IMG/VR virus record: IMGVR_UViG_3300037294_000227
Coordinates: 1-53,992 of that record
Strand: one strand, 5' to 3'
DNA length: 53,992 nt
Origin: a virus
Taxonomy: Duplodnaviria; Caudoviricetes
In this document: positions 10,230 through 17,271 of the stretch, in pieces
Layout: each line of letters opens with the position of its first letter
How positions within the stretch are numbered: the stretch's first letter is position 1
Made by a program: the position numbers and the translations under genes
The notes under the pieces: model-generated
Databases searched by the model: none
The model's input: the letters and a program-made list of their open reading frames with translations, nothing else
What the model was told of the DNA's origin: nothing

Positions 10230-11313
10230 ATTGTTCCTTTAAACCATCGATGACCGAAATATAATCCGGATTGTCTGTTATATTTAACATTTTTCTATAC
10301 ACGTCAACTTGAACATGGTTAGTATTAGGATCAAGTTTTTTTAAAATCTTGCGACGTGTTTCTTGATCGCCTACAATTTTAAGTAGCCAAAGCCAGTTAT
10401 AGTGTACTGTCTGTTCGACTTTTTTTCTAAGCATACTGATGTCTCGGTTACAAATTTGCTTTACTTGTTTCATAAATTCTATACAACGGGTTTCGTCATC
10501 TTCTATACTGTCAAACGAATAATCAATTATATTGTCAAACAGCTTAAATCCCAAGCTTTTAATGTATTCATTTGCACGAGGATGCCCGTAAACTAAAAAC
10601 GGACGCCGGTTCCAAATAGGTATGTAGGTTTTTTCTGTTATAAATTGTACATCAACTGTTGATTCGCATATTACACTAAACAATGCATCTTTGAATTCCA
10701 GCGGAGGAAGCATATAGTCTACATAACCGTCTGGTCTATTTTCATGTAGGTCGTCAAACTTTAATATTTCTGGTTTCCAATATTTAAATTCATAACCGTA
10801 ATCCCAGTTATCAGAATTTCGAAAACTGATATATCCATGTTGAAATAAGTTTGCGTTGAACATATGGTCTAAAAATAAACACCTATGCGGGTGAGCTCTT
10901 CCGTTTAAACTAACAAAGTGTTTGTTAATATCCTTGCTGTGTCCCAACGGCAACCGTGAGTGAGAAAGTGCATTTTCAACAGTTTGAAATGCAAAAAAAG
11001 TTTCCCACGATATAAAGCTATCTCGGTGATCTATTATAGGGTATCTATAATTGAGTTTGTAACTTAGATTGCAGCCTGTTATTATTTCTAATGTGATATT
11101 ATGATAATTGCAAAATCCTTTAAATATTCGAAAAGTTTCTGAATCATGATAAAACGGCATAAAAACATATTCTTCTGCACCCAACAATCTTATTGTAGAA
11201 ATATCTTTCTTTTCAACAGCATCAACTAGCCATTTGAAATCGCTGTGTGTGTATGCCCAGACATTCAGATAATATATTCCATTATGCACTGTGTCTAAAT
11301 ATGTTCTTTTCAT
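10204..11313 (-). CDS. Putative glycosyltransferase (GT-B fold, GT10-like C-terminal motif)
   Basis: SLNGRAHPHR...SVICES...FITEKTYIPI..RRPF...LGFKLF...DYSFD. Confidence 0.55.
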   Translation of the reverse strand: MKRTYLDTVHNGIYYLNVWAYTHSDFKWLVDAVEKKDISTIRLLGAEEYVFMPFYHDSETFRIFKGFCNYHNITLEIITGCNLSYKLNYRYPIIDHRDSFISWETFFAFQTVENALSHSRLPLGHSKDINKHFVSLNGRAHPHRCLFLDHMFNANLFQHGYISFRNSDNWDYGYEFKYWKPEILKFDDLHENRPDGYVDYMLPPLEFKDALFSVICESTVDVQFITEKTYIPIWNRRPFLVYGHPRANEYIKSLGFKLFDNIIDYSFDSIEDDETRCIEFMKQVKQICNRDISMLRKKVEQTVHYNWLWLLKIVGDQETRRKILKKLDPNTNHVQVDVYRKMLNITDNPDYISVIDGLKEQYENIINRK

Positions 11314-11323
11314 TGTGTACCTA

Positions 11324-11331
11324 TATAAATA
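11324..11331 (+). promoter_or_regulatory. T4-like late promoter TATAAATA
   Basis: Exact TATAAATA 5 nt upstream of ATG 11337, no SD between them. Confidence 0.7.
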
Positions 11332-11336
11332 TTACT

Positions 11337-11924
11337 ATGTTTGATATAGTAACCCAGTTTGAAGAACGTATTGCAAAATTCTTTGGAGCACCATATGCTG
11401 TTAGTACCGATTGTTGTACTCATGCTGTTGAATTATGTTTAAGGTACAATAAATCAAACAACATCAGTATTCCAATGCACACTTACTTATCAATTCCTAT
11501 GACTGCTAGCAAACTAGATTTAAAATGGACGTGGAAAGACGAACGCTGGACTGATTATTATTATATAGACAATAAAATAATTGACGCTGCTGTTTTATGG
11601 AAAAAAAACAGCTATATAACAGGAACAATGATGTGCATTAGTTTCCAATATAAGAAGCATCTAAGTGTTGGGCGCGGTGGTATGATACTGTTAGATAATT
11701 ATCAAGCATATACAGATTTAATCAAACTTGGATACGATGGAAGAAATCGGCAACCGTCGTGGAGCGAACAGGCCATTGACTGCATAGGATATCATTACTA
11801 TATGACTCCAGAAACAGCACAACAAGGGCTCGATAAACTGGATACAGCTATTAACTCTACTCCTAAACTGTGGAGTTGGCAGGACTATCCAAATTTAACA
11901 ACTATGCCGATCTTTTCTAATTAA
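11337..11924 (+). CDS. Short DegT/DnrJ/EryC1/StrS-family PLP-dependent aminotransferase (195 aa)
   Basis: FEERIAKFFGAPYAVSTDCCTHA, IIDAA, SFQYKKHLSVGRGGM, GYHYYMT. Start moved from 11247 to 11337. Confidence 0.85.
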   Translation: MFDIVTQFEERIAKFFGAPYAVSTDCCTHAVELCLRYNKSNNISIPMHTYLSIPMTASKLDLKWTWKDERWTDYYYIDNKIIDAAVLWKKNSYITGTMMCISFQYKKHLSVGRGGMILLDNYQAYTDLIKLGYDGRNRQPSWSEQAIDCIGYHYYMTPETAQQGLDKLDTAINSTPKLWSWQDYPNLTTMPIFSN

Positions 11925-11927
11925 GTT

Positions 11928-12728
11928 TTATCCAGGAGCATCTGTGATTGTATAATGATTGTGAGAATTTTTACGAATATCTTGATATTTGTAATCTATA
12001 ATATTATTAATAATTGATATTGCTTTGGGAATATCGGGTTTAAGAGTTACTTTTATTTTTTCTAATGCATCGTTATGCAATGAAGAAAATATATCTACAG
12101 TAGACTGCTGTAGTTGTTTATCAATTGCAGGATATATAAATTCTTGTAGTATTTGCATGTGTTGAATTATATCAGGATGGCAATCTTGAATTACATCAAA
12201 CGGTTTTTGAAATTCGGATCTTTCAAAATTGTAATAAGGTATCTCGGGTAATTGATCTAGATAAAATTTTGTTATTTCTGACGAAGTTTTTTTTGTTTTA
12301 AATGCTTCATTTTTTGCTAATTTAAATGCACTACCTTGCCATGTGATATATTCTCCAAACATTTTATTAGCAGCAATTATTGCTGTTGAATTTTTAACAA
12401 TATCATTGTCATACGACCAATACCGTTTGATAAAATAGCGATTGTATTCTGTATTGCCGCCGTTGAATACACTGCCTGTGCATACCCAATTACTGTTGCG
12501 GATTCTGTCTTCTCTGCTCCAACTGCTCCAAAGAATAAAGATTTTGTCGTCTTTGTTGAATTTTAATTTTGCATTGGCTTCCACCATACGATGCATAATT
12601 CCTACGTTTCCCAATCCAGGTAATGCAAAATTATGATATTCGATTTCCATGTCGTATCCTAATATATTAGCCCAAGTTGGCCAGCCATACTGTGTATAGC
12701 TGCATCCAAATATGATTATTCTGCTCAT
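11928..12728 (-). CDS. SGNH/GDSL-like protein (GCS variant)
   Basis: IFGCSYT...W...NFALPGLGN...DCHP. Start moved from 12782 to 12728 (AAGGAG SD). Confidence 0.6.
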   Translation of the reverse strand: MSRIIIFGCSYTQYGWPTWANILGYDMEIEYHNFALPGLGNVGIMHRMVEANAKLKFNKDDKIFILWSSWSREDRIRNSNWVCTGSVFNGGNTEYNRYFIKRYWSYDNDIVKNSTAIIAANKMFGEYITWQGSAFKLAKNEAFKTKKTSSEITKFYLDQLPEIPYYNFERSEFQKPFDVIQDCHPDIIQHMQILQEFIYPAIDKQLQQSTVDIFSSLHNDALEKIKVTLKPDIPKAISIINNIIDYKYQDIRKNSHNHYTITDAPG

Positions 12729-12737
12729 GGCACTCCT

Positions 12738-12759
12738 TAAATAGTTGTATGAATATTTA
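12738..12759. promoter_or_regulatory. Face-to-face late promoter cores
   Basis: TAAATA on + at 12738-12743 (5 nt before ATG 12749); TAAATA on - at 12759-12754, upstream of the SD-led ATG 12728. Confidence 0.6.
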
Positions 12760-13753
12760 TAGTACAAACGAATGGGATCCATTAAAGAAGGTTGTTGTTG
12801 GTGTTGCTGATTATTGCCGTATTCCAGAAATGGATAAAAGCTTACGAGTTATTAATTATGCTGATCGCAAAGACGTAAGCGATGTTAAAGCTGGATTGTA
12901 TCCTGATCAAGTTGTTGAAGAAAGCAACGAAGATCTTGAAACATTTGTAAAATTTTTAGAAGGCGAAGGTGTAGAAGTTGTAAGACCCAATCGCACACCG
13001 GATGTTGAATATTACAATTATTGTCCACGTGATACTGTATTTGTTTATGGTAAGAAAATGCTTGCTACTCCGATGAGTTTGCGAGCAAGAGAACGTGAGT
13101 TTCATCATATGCTCCCTCACATAGCAGGCGTTGAATTAAGCCCCCGTTACAAAAATAACGACCTGTACGATGAAACTTGTGTCGGCGACCCTGATCAGTT
13201 GGCATTAACTGAAGTAGCACCTTGCTTTGATGCTGCTAATGCTATCCGAGCAAACGACGATGTGTTGTATTTGGTTAGCAACAGCGGCAATAAAGCGGGT
13301 GCTACTTATTTAGACCAGTGGATTAACAAACCAAAGTACGATTTTATAGATCGTGGAAATGTAAAAGTTCATACACTTGAAAATGTTTATAGCTATATGC
13401 ACATCGACAGCACTGTTGCGTTTTTACGCGAGGGATTGTTGTTGGCAAACCCCAGCAGAATTAAAAGTCGAGATGTGCTACCCGGCCCATTTAAAGATTG
13501 GGATATTATTTGGGCGCCTGATCCTGTAGACGCTGGACATTATCCAGGGTTGTGTAATAGTAGTATTTGGACATGGAACGTAAATTTGTTCAGTGTTAAT
13601 CCCAATCTTGTGGTATTAGAGGAACATCAAGAGCCTACACGCAAAGCGTTAGAAGCGTACGGTATCGAATGTGCTATGTTGCCATTGAGACATGCCAGAA
13701 CTTTAGGTGGATGTTTTCATTGCTGTACGCTAGACCTTGTCCGTAAAATTTGA
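12749..13753 (+). CDS. Amidinotransferase (glycine / inosamine-phosphate amidinotransferase family)
   Basis: NEWDPLKKVVVG, CPRD, FDAAN, HIDST and GGCFHCCTLD supply the Asp-His-Cys catalytic set. Confidence 0.92.
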   Translation: MNIYSTNEWDPLKKVVVGVADYCRIPEMDKSLRVINYADRKDVSDVKAGLYPDQVVEESNEDLETFVKFLEGEGVEVVRPNRTPDVEYYNYCPRDTVFVYGKKMLATPMSLRAREREFHHMLPHIAGVELSPRYKNNDLYDETCVGDPDQLALTEVAPCFDAANAIRANDDVLYLVSNSGNKAGATYLDQWINKPKYDFIDRGNVKVHTLENVYSYMHIDSTVAFLREGLLLANPSRIKSRDVLPGPFKDWDIIWAPDPVDAGHYPGLCNSSIWTWNVNLFSVNPNLVVLEEHQEPTRKALEAYGIECAMLPLRHARTLGGCFHCCTLDLVRKI

Positions 13754-14524
13754 TTTACTTAAAATTTCTTTTAATGCATCTGCTGTTTCTTGATGAAATA
13801 TAGGACCATCGTGTGCATCGTCTCTGGCCTTGTCATATGTAGTAGGCGTTATGTGCCATAATTTATATTTACTATGTAAAATTTCTTGCTCGATATCATC
13901 ATCCCATGTAAAGTTTAATACCGGTACTCCTGCTAGTTTCCACGTATTGTTAAAACTTTCAAACCACTGATATATATTAACGCTCATTTCTCCAGTGTTG
14001 ACTATGTAACGTTTTCCCCACCATCGGCCGTCTGGAGTATGGGTTTCGCTCATATCTTTCAAATAAACGTGCTTGCTCTTGCTTACTGTAGGAATATACA
14101 CAGAGTCTTTAAAAGCAAAATGCTTTCTTGTTTTTTGCGGCCATTGTACTATTACTATTTTTGGAGTGGGAGCGTTGTTGGTATTCCATAACAATGTATT
14201 AAATGAAGGAATATCAGGTCCCGATGCTTGCTTGGCAGCATTATAGAGATCCAAGGACAAATATTTAGAAATATGGTCTGTCCATATTTGATCAGTACGT
14301 AGTCCTACTCCTTCGGTATAACTACAGCCAAATGTTAAAAGAAAATTATTATCTAATTGGTTGATTTCTTTTGTTCTATAACCTAAACTATTAAAGTTAT
14401 AAGTGATTGGCCAGCGGGGGTATTTACGTTGGTGGTTAAGTGTGTCTGTTGAATATATAGAGTTTGTTTGATTGCAATCGTGTGCAGCAACCAGCAGTGG
14501 AGTTTCGGGATGATATTCTAGCAT
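13730..14524 (-). CDS. SGNH/GDSL-like protein (GCS variant)
   Basis: YNFNSLGYR...FGCSYTEGVG...W...YNAAKQASG...RDDAHDG. Confidence 0.6.
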   Translation of the reverse strand: MLEYHPETPLLVAAHDCNQTNSIYSTDTLNHQRKYPRWPITYNFNSLGYRTKEINQLDNNFLLTFGCSYTEGVGLRTDQIWTDHISKYLSLDLYNAAKQASGPDIPSFNTLLWNTNNAPTPKIVIVQWPQKTRKHFAFKDSVYIPTVSKSKHVYLKDMSETHTPDGRWWGKRYIVNTGEMSVNIYQWFESFNNTWKLAGVPVLNFTWDDDIEQEILHSKYKLWHITPTTYDKARDDAHDGPIFHQETADALKEILSKSNFTDKV

Positions 14525-14536
14525 TTCTTACCTTGA

Positions 14537-14558
14537 ATAAATATATGTATATATTTAT
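14537..14558. promoter_or_regulatory. 10-bp inverted repeat carrying TAAATA on both strands
   Basis: ATAAATATAT-GT-ATATATTTAT between divergent genes starting at 14524 (-) and 14574 (+). Confidence 0.6.
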
Positions 14559-14573
14559 CAACGGAGTTACTGT

Positions 14574-15893
14574 ATGTCTGAATACAATTGGTTTATGTCA
14601 CTATATTTTAAACCTAGAAATAATTTACTACCCGAATTAATCAACAAAGATGGAAATCGAACTCCGTTGATACATATTGGAAAATGTCAACACTTGATGC
14701 ATTTGATAAAGGACAGTTTTTTATCGTTGGATCAACGGCCTGTAATAGTATTTAATGGCACGCATTCTATACATTATTTAGAAAAATTATTTGTTACTAA
14801 AAGACATAAAGCTTTATTGCAGACAGAAGAAATTGCTTTCTACTTTTTTGAACCACTAACACACTATGTACACAAAAATGGGCGAGATCCCGAAATGGAA
14901 CCACACATTTTAAAAATAGACAACGAGCCGCACGAAATTAAGAATGTACGCTGCTTAGAATTAGAAAGTATAAACAGCTGGGCTGAGAAAAACAATATTA
15001 AAAATTTAAGTGTATATTGTACAGATCATGACTGTTATAAACATTACGCACAATTTTATCCATATTTAAAATTATACGAAGAAGATTTATTTACATCATG
15101 GCTGTGTGATCGTATTTCATATAGGTCTACACGCAACAAAGGGTGGGAGCACGATTTAGATTCTTCGTTGATTACAAAGAAATTCTGGAGCGGCGCATGG
15201 AGATACGAACCCAGTAGACATTTTATTACTGCATTTTTAGTAGGCAAAGATTTAGTTAAAGACAACAATGTAAGTTTTTATTTTAAAATTTCAAACAGCG
15301 AAATGAAAAGACGCATGTGGTTTGGTTGGAAAGAATTTAAATTAAAGTATCCTGCTGTTAGTGATATAGTAGAAACAGGCAATGAAATTTTACAAAATAT
15401 TGTTCCTCTGAGCTTGGCTGTAAGCAACCCTGTTTCAGTCAACGGAAACGCATCCGATCCAGAAGAAGATAGCGAATTAGATGGCGGAAATGTTAGAACC
15501 ACACACGACCCGAGAGATTCGTATACCGAAGCATTTTGTGCAATAATTCACGAAAGTAGATTTACTCAACCATGGCCAAATATCAGCGAAAAGACAATAA
15601 ACGCGATCAACAGTTATAGACCGTTTGTGATGTGTGCTGCTCCGGGTACATTACAGATGTTAAAAGATATGGGGTTTAAGACGTTTGACAAATACTGGCC
15701 GGAGGATTACGACAGTATTGTGAGTAACAAAGATCGAATAGTTAAGATATGCGAAACCATCGAATATATCAACAGCTTTAGTATTGAAGAACTTATACAC
15801 ATGCACAAGGATATGGAATCGATATTAATACACAATAAAGAAAATTTTGCAAATGTGCAGAAATATTACGACAAATTAAACAAAAAAAATTAA
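14574..15893 (+). CDS. Putative glycosyltransferase (GT-B fold, GT10-like C-terminal motif)
   Basis: AIIHES...ISEKTINAI..YRPF...MGFKTF...PEDYD; GGAG SD. Confidence 0.55.
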   Translation: MSEYNWFMSLYFKPRNNLLPELINKDGNRTPLIHIGKCQHLMHLIKDSFLSLDQRPVIVFNGTHSIHYLEKLFVTKRHKALLQTEEIAFYFFEPLTHYVHKNGRDPEMEPHILKIDNEPHEIKNVRCLELESINSWAEKNNIKNLSVYCTDHDCYKHYAQFYPYLKLYEEDLFTSWLCDRISYRSTRNKGWEHDLDSSLITKKFWSGAWRYEPSRHFITAFLVGKDLVKDNNVSFYFKISNSEMKRRMWFGWKEFKLKYPAVSDIVETGNEILQNIVPLSLAVSNPVSVNGNASDPEEDSELDGGNVRTTHDPRDSYTEAFCAIIHESRFTQPWPNISEKTINAINSYRPFVMCAAPGTLQMLKDMGFKTFDKYWPEDYDSIVSNKDRIVKICETIEYINSFSIEELIHMHKDMESILIHNKENFANVQKYYDKLNKKN

Positions 15894-16633
15894 GAAAAAT
15901 TTTCATTAAAAAGTTTTTCTGCCCAGTAAGCGTGAGCATCTTCTTTGTGATGATGCAACAATTGGCCATCAATACTAAATCCTGCATCTAGACAATGTTC
16001 AAAGAAACTCTCGCGTTGATCTGTAAATCCTTTGTAATTTTTGCCATCTACTCTAGAATTATAATACTGAAATCTGGTATTGGCTGAACAAAATTCCAAC
16101 GAATTTTTAAATATATAAGATATATCGTGAACTTTTAACATACTCTGCAGATTTAATATATTCATGTAACGATTTACTTCCCAATGAGTTTCGCTCATGA
16201 ATAGATGTCTACTCAATGCTCTAGCGTTAAAGTGATCGTGCTTGTTAACATAAGAAAAATAATTTGGATGTAAATGACCAACGTGTTCGTCTGGCACAAA
16301 CGGTATTTGCATCCAGAACCAATTGTTGTTTTCTACTCCGTTGTGAAAATACTCGGCACGGGCTGCGCCAGTCCAGTTGATTAAAAACAAACTTTGTTTT
16401 GCTAATTCAACGTTGTCTTGTATCCAGAAATTTGTTGTTCTAAAAATATAATCATTGCTAGCGCCAGGTAGTGCAATATTAGTATACTCTACTCCTAGAC
16501 GTCTTGCTAATTTTGCACCAAAACATTGTACTCTGTTGTATTCAGAATCGCCAATACCAGACCCTTCGATCTCGCTGCCTGCGGTATGACTACATCCATT
16601 TATAAAAACATGCTTAAAATTATACTTCATCAA
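15890..16633 (-). CDS. SGNH/GDSL-like protein (GCS variant)
   Basis: INGCSHTAG...NIALPGASN...LHHHKEDAHAYWA. Confidence 0.6.
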   Translation of the reverse strand: MMKYNFKHVFINGCSHTAGSEIEGSGIGDSEYNRVQCFGAKLARRLGVEYTNIALPGASNDYIFRTTNFWIQDNVELAKQSLFLINWTGAARAEYFHNGVENNNWFWMQIPFVPDEHVGHLHPNYFSYVNKHDHFNARALSRHLFMSETHWEVNRYMNILNLQSMLKVHDISYIFKNSLEFCSANTRFQYYNSRVDGKNYKGFTDQRESFFEHCLDAGFSIDGQLLHHHKEDAHAYWAEKLFNENFS

Positions 16634-17271
16634 ATATTCTCAATTACAGGCCATTCACCTGAGTTAACTGCAAATGCTGTTTCGTAAACTTTTTGCATAT
16701 TTATTAGTCCATCAGACTCAAACTGACCAAATCTCCAAACGTCCATTTTACCTAGTATAGGTGTTAGTTTTTCTTTAGGCAAAAAAGGAGTAGACCGAGA
16801 AACACATCCGTAAAAGTCATGTATTCTAATATTTTCGTTAGAATCAACAAAGCATGTATGCGGATAATAATTAATTTTATACACTGAATTTTCAAGCACT
16901 TTTAAAATATTTTTAATCTGACCTGCATATTCATGCTTGTAAGACTTGCGCTCGATAATGTGATTTAAACTGCTGTCATACCATTTGAAAAATATGCGTC
17001 GAGACGCTGTATCTATATCAATAATTTCAGGTAAAAACGTTTCATTTTTAAAATGAGTTAACCATTTTAATTCATTATTAAAATAAAAATCACACACTTC
17101 TTCGTTGTATAAATATCTGTCAAAAAAGTAACTTTTGTTAATAGTGTAATCCATGCAAAAAATAGTTTTTTCAGGATTAACATAAGGAACATATACAAGG
17201 TTAGGCCTAACCTTGGCTCCTTGTTTATACTTGTAAAAAATGTTCCAGTTGTTGATATCCATTAATTCCAT
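16630..17271 (-). CDS. Hypothetical protein, possibly a degenerate protein-kinase/APH-like fold
   Basis: FNNELKWL...PEIIDID...IFFKWY...KINYYPHTCFVD...IRIHDFYG. True start may be ATG 17262 (TAATG overlap). Confidence 0.55.
   Translation of the reverse strand: MELMDINNWNIFYKYKQGAKVRPNLVYVPYVNPEKTIFCMDYTINKSYFFDRYLYNEEVCDFYFNNELKWLTHFKNETFLPEIIDIDTASRRIFFKWYDSSLNHIIERKSYKHEYAGQIKNILKVLENSVYKINYYPHTCFVDSNENIRIHDFYGCVSRSTPFLPKEKLTPILGKMDVWRFGQFESDGLINMQKVYETAFAVNSGEWPVIENI

Noticed and set aside
5254-12782. Longer starts in the ORF track (5314, 11247, 12782)
   Set aside because: They run into neighbouring genes; downstream ATGs at 5254, 11337 and 12728 have better support (coupling, promoter or SD) and coincide with where family motifs begin.
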